From a virus (Duplodnaviria; Caudoviricetes), in the IMG/VR virus record IMGVR_UViG_3300024986_000008, positions 1 through 26,480 of that record: a stretch of 26,480 bases of DNA. One strand, written 5' to 3'. The position numbers were made by a program, and so were the translations under genes. Below are positions 15,426 through 23,000 of this stretch, piece after piece (the first letter of the stretch is position 1; each line of letters begins with the position of its first letter). A model generated the notes under the pieces. That model saw only the letters and a program-made list of their open reading frames with translations. It ran no database searches and was not told the origin of the DNA.

Positions 15426-16080
15426 GGAGCAACAGGTCCGTACCAGCCGGCGGCGCTTCTTCGATCTCTTCCCGGATCATGGACCACTTCGCCGAGATCT
15501 CTACCAGAAGCATCTCGCCTTCTTCAAGGCGGGATTCGATCACGACGAGCGGCTCTTCATGGCCGCGAACCGGATCGGGAAAACGCTCACCGGCGCCTAC
15601 GAGATGACGTGCCACCTCACCGGCCGATACCCGCACTGGTGGCCCGGCCGCAGGTTCGATGAACCGGTGCAGGCCTGGGCGGCGGGGACAACGAACGAGA
15701 CGACGCGCGACATCGTGCAGAAGGAGCTCTTCGGCGGCATCGACCGCTACGGCACCGGGATGATCCCGTTCGCCGATCTCATCGGAGATCCGCGGTATCG
15801 GCCGAACACGAACAAGGCGATCGACTACGCCATGGTGCGGCACGTCTCCGGAGGGACATCCTCGATCGGGCTGAAGTCGTACGAGCAGAGACGCAAAGCG
15901 TTCGAGGGAACGGCTCGGCACGTGATCTGGCTGGATGAGGAACCGCCGCTGGACATCTACTCCGAATGCCTGCTGCGCACCGCAACCGTGGAGGGGATCA
16001 TCTACGTCACCTTCACGCCGCTGGAGGGCGCCACCGAGGTCGTGCGGTCATTCATCGACGGGGCCGAGCATCGTGTCTAA
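15361..16080 (+). CDS. terL: Terminase large subunit, N-terminal ATPase part (P22 gp2-like)
   Basis: Walker A FMAANRIGKT, HLTGRYP.WW.G.RF, KSYEQ, Walker B VIWLDEEP, coupling motif TFTP. Stops at TAA 16078-16080. Confidence 0.9.
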   Translation: MSELQLDSLSFFERLELLRLLEEQQVRTSRRRFFDLFPDHGPLRRDLYQKHLAFFKAGFDHDERLFMAANRIGKTLTGAYEMTCHLTGRYPHWWPGRRFDEPVQAWAAGTTNETTRDIVQKELFGGIDRYGTGMIPFADLIGDPRYRPNTNKAIDYAMVRHVSGGTSSIGLKSYEQRRKAFEGTARHVIWLDEEPPLDIYSECLLRTATVEGIIYVTFTPLEGATEVVRSFIDGAEHRV

Positions 16081-16816
16081 GGCGATGATCCAGGCCGGAT
16101 GGGGTGACGCGCCGCACCTCGGCGACCGAATGAAAGCGCAACTGCTGGCGTCGATTCCATCGCACGAGATCCAGGCTCGCACGAAAGGAGTGCCTACCCT
16201 GGGATCTGGCGCGGTGTTCCCGGTGGACGAGGACGACATCAAGGTCGAGGCGTTCGCATTGCCGTCGCACTGGGCGAGAATCGCAGCCATCGACTTCGGG
16301 TGGGATCACCCCACGGCGGTGGTCTGGTACGCATGGGACCGCGACACCGATACCACCTATCTCTACGATTGCATGCGAGCGCGGAAGACCGCGATCCCGA
16401 TTCATGCCAGCGCGATCAACGGCCGCGGGAAATGGATTCCGGTGGCGTGGCCGCAAGACGGCTACGGCTCGGACGGAAAGCGCGACGGCAAGCCGATCCG
16501 CGATCTCTACGCTGCGGAGTCGGTGCGCATGCTTCCAGAGCATGCCACCTTGCCGGACGGATCGAACTCCGTTGAGGCCGGCGTGCAGGAAATGCTCATC
16601 GCGATGCTGGAGGGTCGATTCAAGGTGTTCTCGCACCTGAACGACTGGTTCAGCGAGTACCGCACCTATCACCGCAAAGAAGGCAAGATCGTCAAGGAGC
16701 ATGACGATCTCATGGATGCCGGGCGCTACGGCTACGTCTCGCGGCGCTTCGCCCGCGTGCAGCCGAACAAGGACGAGGATCGACCGCGGCGGGAAAGGAG
16801 CTGGAAGCTGGCATAG
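16073..16816 (+). CDS. terL: Terminase large subunit, lid + C-terminal RNase H-like nuclease part
   Basis: In the +1 frame from GTG 16073: WGDAPHL, ARTKGVP.LGSGAVF, AIDFGWDHPTA, PVAWP.DG, DDLMDAGRY. Confidence 0.88.
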   Translation: MSKAMIQAGWGDAPHLGDRMKAQLLASIPSHEIQARTKGVPTLGSGAVFPVDEDDIKVEAFALPSHWARIAAIDFGWDHPTAVVWYAWDRDTDTTYLYDCMRARKTAIPIHASAINGRGKWIPVAWPQDGYGSDGKRDGKPIRDLYAAESVRMLPEHATLPDGSNSVEAGVQEMLIAMLEGRFKVFSHLNDWFSEYRTYHRKEGKIVKEHDDLMDAGRYGYVSRRFARVQPNKDEDRPRRERSWKLA

Positions 16817-16817
16817 C

Positions 16818-16839
16818 TATCTGCGGAATTCCTCAGATA
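16818..16839. promoter_or_regulatory. 22-bp near-perfect palindrome TATCTG-C-GGAATTCC-T-CAGATA (operator or hairpin)
   Basis: 10 of 11 positions are symmetric. Lies between the terL stop and promoter motif copy 2, with no U-tract. Confidence 0.5.
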
Positions 16840-16847
16840 CGAGCCGG

Positions 16848-16879
16848 CCGACCAAATCTTCCCGCCTTCTGATATACGG
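16848..16879 (+). promoter_or_regulatory. Putative late promoter, copy 2 (CCGACCAAA-N8-CCTTCTGATATACGG)
   Basis: Same bipartite motif and spacing as 5543-5574. Heads the portal-capsid-tail block. Confidence 0.7.
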
Positions 16880-16887
16880 GCGCGGCG

Positions 16888-17316
16888 ATGAAGCCCGTCC
16901 TCGTCTCCAGTAGCGGAATCCCCTTGCAGGCATTCGGCGGTTCCGATGCCTGGAAGGTGTACCAGTCCGGCGACTACCTCGTCTCGATCGAGATGGTCGA
17001 GGGCGAGCCGGGCTGCGTGATCTGGCCGGCCCATGTCTCCGATGCCGGCGTTTACGCCGTCTGCCTCTCCGCCTTTCCGTACTGGATGGGCACCGACGGT
17101 AGGCCGACCGGCGAGGCCTACGCGATGGCGCTCAAGGGCCTCGAGCGCATGGGCCGCGACATCAACCGATCCGAACTCATCCGTCTCATGACGGTGGTGA
17201 TCGACGCCTTCACGTGGGTGGCCCGGATGCCGCCGAGGCGCGTCGCGCCTCCGGAGCCGATCTTCGAAGCCACGGCCGTGGTCAACGGCAAGACATTTCA
17301 CGAGCGGGCGATCTGA
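16888..17316 (+). CDS. Hypothetical protein (142 aa)
   Basis: Globular-looking ORF filling the terL-portal gap and TGATG-coupled to the portal. No SD visible. Confidence 0.7.
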   Translation: MKPVLVSSSGIPLQAFGGSDAWKVYQSGDYLVSIEMVEGEPGCVIWPAHVSDAGVYAVCLSAFPYWMGTDGRPTGEAYAMALKGLERMGRDINRSELIRLMTVVIDAFTWVARMPPRRVAPPEPIFEATAVVNGKTFHERAI

Positions 17317-19526
17317 TGCTGGCCGCGCCGACGAGAAAGCGTGGTGCCCGCGCCAGGGAGGAACAGCAGCGGCTCCTCACCCGCTTGAAGACCTGGCGGG
17401 ACCAGGAGATTGCCAGGCAGTCGGCCAACCGCTTCCAGATGGCGCTGGACGAGGACTTCTACGACGGCATGCAGTGGGACCTCTCCGAGCAGCGCGCGCT
17501 CCTCGAGCGCGGCCAGAATCCGGTGGTCTACAACGAGGTCAAGCCCACCGTCGACTGGATGATCGGCACCGAGCGGCGGACGCGGATCGACCACAAGGTA
17601 ACACCGACCGTTCGCGGCAAGGCCGCGGCCGACGATGCGGTGAACAAGAGCAAGCTGCTCAAGTACCTGACCGAGGTCAACCGCAGCGAGTTCACGCGCA
17701 GCCAGGCGTTCGATGATGCCCTGAAGGCCGGACTGGGATGGATCGAGGTCGGTGTCCGCGCCGATCCGGAGGAGGAGCCGATCTACGATCGCAACGAGTC
17801 GTGGCGCAATGTGCTCTACGATTCGCTGGGTGTCGCCCTGGACCTCTCCGATTCCCGCTACCAGTTCCGGATGCGATGGCTCGATCTCGACATCGCGCAG
17901 GCGTACTTCCCGGAGGGCAAGGACCTGCTGGAGCAGTCGGCGGAATCGAATCCGGACAACCGCGGCATCGACTGGTGGTTCGGACGTCGGCTCTCGGAAC
18001 TCGATCCGGACGAAACCGCGTTCATGGGCTCACGCTTCGAGCAGTTCGATGCCGGAGCGTGGATGCACAACTCACGCGACCGGGTGCAGTGCTACGAGGG
18101 TTGGTGGTACGCGCCATCGAACGAGACCACCGGATCCGGATCTCAGGTCTACGACCGGGTGCGGATGCGGATGCGCTGCACCGTCTTCACGGACTTCGGC
18201 ATCCTCTGGGACGACTGGTCGCCGTACCGACACAACCGCTTCCCGCTGATTCCGGTGTGGTGCTATCGCCGCAAGCGGGACGGCGCCCCCTACGGGGCGA
18301 TCCGCAACATCCGCGGTCCGCAGGAGTCGCTGAACAAGCGGATGTCGAAATCCCTGCACGTCTTGTCAACGAACAAGGTGCACTTCGAGGCCGACGCCAT
18401 CGACGACCAGTTGATGGACGAGGACGAGATCCGCGAGGAGATCGCCTCTCCGGACGCCTTCGTGAAGTGGGCCAGCGGCGCCCTGTCCGGCAAGAAGGTG
18501 CTTTTCCAGAACGATCGCGAACTGGCTCAGGGTCACCTCGCCCTGGCGGACCGGGATCGCATGGCGATTCGCGAGGTCGGTGGCGTCACCAGCGAATCGC
18601 TGGGGCGCGACACCAACCTCGTCTCCGGGGTGGCGCTGCGCCAGAAGGCTGATCAGGGTTCGGTGGTGACGGCGCAACCCTTCGATAACCTGCGCCTGGC
18701 CCGGCAGATCGAAGGCGAGATCAAGCTCTCGCTGATCGAGCAGTACTACACCGAGCCCAAGGTCTTCCGCATCACGGGGGACAGGAACAAGCACGACTTC
18801 GTGTCGATCAACGAGCGCGATCCGGATACAGGAGAAGTGCTCAACGACGTCACCGCGATGAAGGCGTCCTTCGTTATCGACGAGCAGGATTACCGCGAGT
18901 CGTTGATGCAGGCCATCTTCGAGCAGCTGATGGACATGCTCGGCAAGATCGCGGCGATCGATCCGGCGTTCGCCCGCAACACGATCGACATCGTCATGGA
19001 GTACGCGCCGGTGCCGTACAAGGATGCCCTGATCAAGCGGATCCGCGAGATCACGGGCCAGACGGATCCGGACGAAGAGATGACGCCGGAGAAACAGGCG
19101 GAGAAGCAACAGGCCAAAGAGGCCGAGCGTGCCGCCAATGCGATGACCGTCGAGGCCCTACGCGCCAAGATCGCGGACCTCGAGGCCGCGACCGGGTTGA
19201 AGAAGGCGCAGTCCGCCAGGGCCGCGGCCGAGATCGAGAAGCTCGACGCCGACAAGATCACGCGGCTGCTCGAGGGGATCTACGCTGCCATGCAGGCCGG
19301 CCAGGTCGTGGCACAGGTACCGGCTTCGGCTCCCGTCGGTGATGAACTGCTGCGCTCCGTTGGGTTCAAGGATCAGGCCGGTACCGGTGCCGGCATCGTG
19401 CCTCCAGATGATGAGCCCACGGCTCCAACCGTTCCAGTCGGGCCGCGCGATCCGTTGCCGCCCGATCAACAGACCGGCCGTATGGCCGGCATCGAAACCC
19501 CAGCCGGGGAGGACAACCTGCGATGA
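17316..19526 (+). CDS. Portal protein, P22-like (736 aa)
   Basis: D.DFYDG.QW....R..L.ERGQ.P...NE.KP.VDW.IG.E, G.GWIEV, PYGAIR....PQ...NKR.SK, SG.AL...QG, and a C-terminal coiled-coil barrel region. Confidence 0.9.
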   Translation: MLAAPTRKRGARAREEQQRLLTRLKTWRDQEIARQSANRFQMALDEDFYDGMQWDLSEQRALLERGQNPVVYNEVKPTVDWMIGTERRTRIDHKVTPTVRGKAAADDAVNKSKLLKYLTEVNRSEFTRSQAFDDALKAGLGWIEVGVRADPEEEPIYDRNESWRNVLYDSLGVALDLSDSRYQFRMRWLDLDIAQAYFPEGKDLLEQSAESNPDNRGIDWWFGRRLSELDPDETAFMGSRFEQFDAGAWMHNSRDRVQCYEGWWYAPSNETTGSGSQVYDRVRMRMRCTVFTDFGILWDDWSPYRHNRFPLIPVWCYRRKRDGAPYGAIRNIRGPQESLNKRMSKSLHVLSTNKVHFEADAIDDQLMDEDEIREEIASPDAFVKWASGALSGKKVLFQNDRELAQGHLALADRDRMAIREVGGVTSESLGRDTNLVSGVALRQKADQGSVVTAQPFDNLRLARQIEGEIKLSLIEQYYTEPKVFRITGDRNKHDFVSINERDPDTGEVLNDVTAMKASFVIDEQDYRESLMQAIFEQLMDMLGKIAAIDPAFARNTIDIVMEYAPVPYKDALIKRIREITGQTDPDEEMTPEKQAEKQQAKEAERAANAMTVEALRAKIADLEAATGLKKAQSARAAAEIEKLDADKITRLLEGIYAAMQAGQVVAQVPASAPVGDELLRSVGFKDQAGTGAGIVPPDDEPTAPTVPVGPRDPLPPDQQTGRMAGIETPAGEDNLR

Positions 19527-19702
19527 ACAAGATCAGCGTGGCAGCCAAGGAAGAGGCGAAGTGGCGCGCGGAGAGCGATCTGAGCACGTTGGTCAGTGCC
19601 CGCGAAATCCAGAAGGACGCCAAGCGCATGGCGGCAGTACGAGCGTTGGCGCGCGAGAAGATGAAGGCGCTCGAATCACTCCACCCCCCCAAGGAGAAAT
19701 AG
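19523..19702 (+). CDS. Small basic helical protein (59 aa)
   Basis: GGAGGA SD, ATGA overlap with the portal stop. MNKISVAAKEEAKWRAESDLSTLVSAREIQKDAKRMAAVRALAREKMKALESLHPPKEK*. Ends just before the scaffold ATG. Not in the ORF track. Confidence 0.7.
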   Translation: MNKISVAAKEEAKWRAESDLSTLVSAREIQKDAKRMAAVRALAREKMKALESLHPPKEK

Positions 19703-19703
19703 C

Positions 19704-20621
19704 ATGGGCATCGAGAACCTGTTGACGGCGGACGAAATCGAGGCCGCCAAGCTGGCCGATCTCGACGAGGACGAGATCAAGGAGATCGAGAATCTCGCCG
19801 GCGAAGAAGACGAAGACGAGGAGGCCGGCGATGACGCCGAAGACGGCGCGGCCGCCGGCAAGGATGACGCCGAGACGAAGGACGGCGACGCCGAAGAGGA
19901 AGACGAGGACGAAGGCGCCGCGCCCAGGATCGAGAAGACGTTCGCGCCGAACTTCAGCGCCGGCGATCCGGAGTCGTTCGACGATCAGCTCAAGACAATC
20001 CGGGAGCAGCGCACCGCACTGACCAAGTCCTGGCGCGCCGGCGAGGTCGAAGACGCCGACTACGATGCGAAGCTCGCCGAGCTCGACGACCAGAAGGATG
20101 CGGTGATCGAGCAGCGCGCCACCGCGCAGGCCGCGATCACGATCTCGCGTCAAACCGCCAAGCAGGCATTCGATCATGATCGCGAGAACTTCCTGCGCGC
20201 GATGGAGAAGTACGAGTCGGTGCCGTACTCCAAGACGCCGATGCTGGCCTCCGCCTTCGCACAGGAGCTCAAGGCCGCCGGGCAGCGGGCGATCGACGAG
20301 AAGCGCGATCCCAGCGCCCAGGACCTCTTCGAGGAAGCGCACGTAAGGGTGCTCGAGCAGATGCGCGCCCTCGGCATGACGGTCGCCAAGAAGCCGAAGA
20401 AGGAAGACGGGCAGCAGGATTCGCAGGGCGCCAAGGAACCGGAAGCCAAGGCGCCGAGACAGGTCCCGCGCACGCTCGGCGGGCTGCCGTCGGCGGCGCC
20501 GAACGGCGCGATGGTCGACGATCTGATGTCGCAGGCCGCGAACCTGGAGGGCGAGGATCTGGAAATCTTCGTCGCTCGCCTGCCCGATGACAAGCGCCGG
20601 GCGCTGGAATCGGCGGGATGA
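19704..20621 (+). CDS. Capsid scaffolding protein (putative)
   Basis: AAGGAG SD. Very acidic N-terminus, helical middle, P.TLG.LP.A motif and C-terminal GEDLE...A.L. Sits between portal and capsid. Confidence 0.75.
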   Translation: MGIENLLTADEIEAAKLADLDEDEIKEIENLAGEEDEDEEAGDDAEDGAAAGKDDAETKDGDAEEEDEDEGAAPRIEKTFAPNFSAGDPESFDDQLKTIREQRTALTKSWRAGEVEDADYDAKLAELDDQKDAVIEQRATAQAAITISRQTAKQAFDHDRENFLRAMEKYESVPYSKTPMLASAFAQELKAAGQRAIDEKRDPSAQDLFEEAHVRVLEQMRALGMTVAKKPKKEDGQQDSQGAKEPEAKAPRQVPRTLGGLPSAAPNGAMVDDLMSQAANLEGEDLEIFVARLPDDKRRALESAG

Positions 20622-20806
20622 CGAAGAAGGGGCTGTCCCTCGAGATGAAGGTCGGCGAACGGCTGCTGTTGGACAGCGGCCGCATCGCGATAATTCTCGA
20701 ACAAAAGACTGGACAGCGGGCTAGAATTCGCGTCGAGGCAGAGCCGTCCGTCAAGATCGGATCTCCTCGACCGAATGGCGCCACCGAACGGGGCGCGATG
20801 CGGTAG
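20618..20806 (+). CDS. CsrA/RsmA-fold small protein (62 aa)
   Basis: LSLEMKVGERLLLDSGRIAIILEQKTGQRARIRVEAEPSVKI aligns by eye with CsrA [41 protein letters not shown]. It lacks the HREE motif. Confidence 0.7.
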   Translation: MTKKGLSLEMKVGERLLLDSGRIAIILEQKTGQRARIRVEAEPSVKIGSPRPNGATERGAMR

Positions 20807-20828
20807 CAGAGCAGGGCTCTGCATTTTT
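20806..20828 (+). terminator. Intrinsic terminator-like hairpin
   Basis: GCAGAGC-AGG-GCTCTGC (7-bp stem) followed by ATTTTT. Confidence 0.55.
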
Positions 20829-20834
20829 GATCCT

Positions 20835-20874
20835 GGCGCGCAGGAGTGCGCCGTGCTCAATCCAAGGAGATTGA
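20835..20874 (+). promoter_or_regulatory. Two GGA-loop hairpins in the capsid leader (CsrA-site-like); the second contains the SD
   Basis: GGCGCGC-AGGA-GTGCGCC (20835-20852) and TCAATC-CAAGGA-GATTGA (20857-20874). ATG at 20876. Confidence 0.6.
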
Positions 20875-20875
20875 C

Positions 20876-21976
20876 ATGGCACGCACGCAGATCCTGCCGT
20901 CCGATCCCGGCGCGGTGAAGGTGTACTCGGCTTCGGTGGCGGTGGATGTCGCCAAGAAGTCGTACTTCAACTCGAAGATGGCCGGCACCGAGACGCAGAA
21001 GCTCCCGGTGCTGGTGAAGACCGATCTCGAATCCGGCGCCGGCGACGAGGTGACCTGCTACCTGGTCGCGAAGCTGCGCGGCCGACCCGCCCAAGGCGCG
21101 GAGAAACTCGAGGGTCGCGAGATGCGGCTCTCGAAGTACACCGACAAGCTGCGCGTCGACAAGTTCCGCAACGGGGTGAACGTCGGCGATGTCATGGACC
21201 AGAAGCGGGTGAAGTGGTCCATCAAGTCGCAGGCCCGTGACCGTCTCTCGGACTACATCGCCGAGTTCGAGGACGAGATGACGATGATGCACGCCGCCGG
21301 CGCCCGCGGTGTCGGCGCCGAGATCCAGCACTTCCCGGCCGACTGGACGGCCTGGCCGAACGGGTTCGTCGCCCCGGATGCCGGGCACCAGACCTATCCC
21401 GGCGCGGTGGCCAGCAAAGGCGGCCTCACGAACGAGAAGCTGTCGCTGGCCGACATCGACAAGCTCGCCGCCAAGGCCAAGAAGTTTCTCGGCACCGAGG
21501 CCAATGGCGCCAAGATGACCCCGATCACGATCGAGGGCGGCGTCCACTTCCTGCTGCTCACCGGCGTCGAGGGCATGTACGACATCCGTCGCGAAGCCGG
21601 CGATCAAGGCTGGCTCGCGATCCAGAAGGCTGCCGCCGCGGCCGAGGGCCGGAAGAACCCGATCTTCGATGGTTCCGCGGGGATGTACAACAAGGTCATC
21701 CTGCAGGAGCACGAGGGCGTCATCAAGTTCAACGACTACGGCGCCGGATCGGTCAAGGCGATGCGCTCGCTCTTTCTCGGTGCGCACGCCGTCTCGAAAG
21801 CCTATGGCTTCAAGGGCAACGGCGGGGTTCGTTACAAGCTCTCCGAGTCCGGCCTGGATCTCGACGAGGAGGCCGTCATCCACTTCCGCACGATCCTGGG
21901 GATCAAGGCATCGACGTTCAACGGCCAGCGCTTCGGGATGATCGCGCACGACCACTGCTACACCGAGATCAACTGA
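20876..21976 (+). CDS. Major capsid protein, N4-gp56/DUF4043 family (366 aa)
   Basis: AAGGAG SD. TDLES.AGDEV...L..KLRG....G.E.LEG.E..L..YTD.L.VD..R.GV..G..M.QKR and G..NPIF.GS.GMYN.VIL.EH. Confidence 0.9.
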   Translation: MARTQILPSDPGAVKVYSASVAVDVAKKSYFNSKMAGTETQKLPVLVKTDLESGAGDEVTCYLVAKLRGRPAQGAEKLEGREMRLSKYTDKLRVDKFRNGVNVGDVMDQKRVKWSIKSQARDRLSDYIAEFEDEMTMMHAAGARGVGAEIQHFPADWTAWPNGFVAPDAGHQTYPGAVASKGGLTNEKLSLADIDKLAAKAKKFLGTEANGAKMTPITIEGGVHFLLLTGVEGMYDIRREAGDQGWLAIQKAAAAAEGRKNPIFDGSAGMYNKVILQEHEGVIKFNDYGAGSVKAMRSLFLGAHAVSKAYGFKGNGGVRYKLSESGLDLDEEAVIHFRTILGIKASTFNGQRFGMIAHDHCYTEIN

Positions 21977-21995
21977 TCTCGAACTGATCTCGAAC
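21971..21995. repeat. Tandem 11-bp repeat (AACTGATCTCG)x2+AAC spanning the capsid stop codon
   Basis: Read directly at 21971-21981 and 21982-21992. Confidence 0.85.
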
Positions 21996-22006
21996 GGGAG
22001 AACGAC

Positions 22007-22489
22007 ATGTCTGCGAAGATCCTTCAGACCAGCGGCATCGCCAACGGCTACCCGGCGGTGACGCCCTCGGGGGCGCACGATCTGGTCGCCGCGCAGGCGC
22101 GGTTCACGCTCGCCGCGGCGCTCGAGGTCGGCGACATCATCGAGATGCTGGAGCTGCCGCCGGGATGCGTCGCGGTGGACTGCATTCTCGATGTCGCTGA
22201 CCTCGACACCGGCACGCCGGCGATCCTATTGGACGTCGGCGTGATGGCGGGTGACGTCGGCGACAAGACGCTGGCGAATCGCACCCTCACCGCGAACCTG
22301 ATCGCCGGATCGAACGTCGGGCAGGCCGGCGGTATCGCCCGCATGGCGGTTGCCGGCGGCACGCAGATCGCGCCCTCGGACAACCGCCGATCGATCGGCG
22401 TCAAGGTCGCCACCGGTCCCGGCACCGGCGCCACCAGTGGAGTGGTGGCACTGACCGTGTTCTACCGTCCGGCGATCCACGGGCAGTAA
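22007..22489 (+). CDS. Putative capsid cement/decoration protein (160 aa)
   Basis: GGGAG SD. Beta-rich, with GDIIEM.ELP.G....D..L...DLD.G..I.LDVG. Directly after the capsid gene. Confidence 0.65.
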   Translation: MSAKILQTSGIANGYPAVTPSGAHDLVAAQARFTLAAALEVGDIIEMLELPPGCVAVDCILDVADLDTGTPAILLDVGVMAGDVGDKTLANRTLTANLIAGSNVGQAGGIARMAVAGGTQIAPSDNRRSIGVKVATGPGTGATSGVVALTVFYRPAIHGQ

Positions 22490-22496
22490 GCCGTCC

Positions 22497-22526
22497 CGAG
22501 GCGGGTCTCTGGTGAGACCAGCCTCG
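22497..22526 (+). other. Intergenic stem-loop (12 bp with one internal mismatch, no U-tract)
   Basis: CGAGGC-G-GGTCTC-TGGT-GAGACC-A-GCCTCG. Confidence 0.55.
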
Positions 22527-22544
22527 CCCACCACAGGAGGCCCC

Positions 22545-23000
22545 ATGCTGATCGAATGCCTGATTCGCCGCGTCGGCGGAACGACGCAGATCGCCAACGG
22601 CAACGTCTACCGCTTCGTGCCGAACAAGTCAGGCGCGCATGTCGCCGAGGTCGCCGAGAGCGACATCGAGAACTTCCTGCACTGGCCGCTCGAGTATCGG
22701 GCCTGGTTTCCCGGCGCGAAAAACCCGTGGCGCCCGGCGGCGGACTACATCGAGCCGATGCCGTCGGGGACCGAGCTTCCGGCCGGGGCGTCACCGAACC
22801 TGGACGAGATGACGCGGGAGCAGCTGCTCGCCTACGCGTCGAACCTCGGGATGAGGCAACCGCACCCGAAGATCCGCGACGACACGCTGCGCGCGAATAT
22901 CGCCGCCTTCCTCGAGACGCGACAGGAGCAGATCGTTCCCGAGGCGGACGACGAGGCGGACGAAACGGAAGGGGACGACGAATCCGAGGAAAGTGAATGA
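22545..23000 (+). CDS. Hypothetical protein with HeH/LEM-like C-terminal motif (151 aa)
   Basis: AGGAGG SD before ATG 22545. LDEMTREQLLAYA..LG......IRDDTLR.NI followed by an acidic tail. Confidence 0.7.
   Translation: MLIECLIRRVGGTTQIANGNVYRFVPNKSGAHVAEVAESDIENFLHWPLEYRAWFPGAKNPWRPAADYIEPMPSGTELPAGASPNLDEMTREQLLAYASNLGMRQPHPKIRDDTLRANIAAFLETRQEQIVPEADDEADETEGDDESEESE

Noticed and set aside
16040-16110. Intron or intein as the cause of the terL split
   Set aside because: No intervening sequence: the two halves abut and overlap.
5543-16879. The 15-bp identity as attL/attR or a target-site duplication
   Set aside because: Both copies include a second conserved box across a divergent spacer, they enclose essential lysis/terminase genes, and no recombinase is adjacent. 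A promoter fits better.
20660-20730. Sigma70 promoter inside the csrA-like gene (TGGACA with GATAAT or TAGAAT)
   Set aside because: Spacing between candidate -35 and -10 hexamers is far from 16-18 nt.
20174-22078. 634-aa minus-strand ORF
   Set aside because: Antisense to the scaffold and capsid genes, with no recognisable domain.
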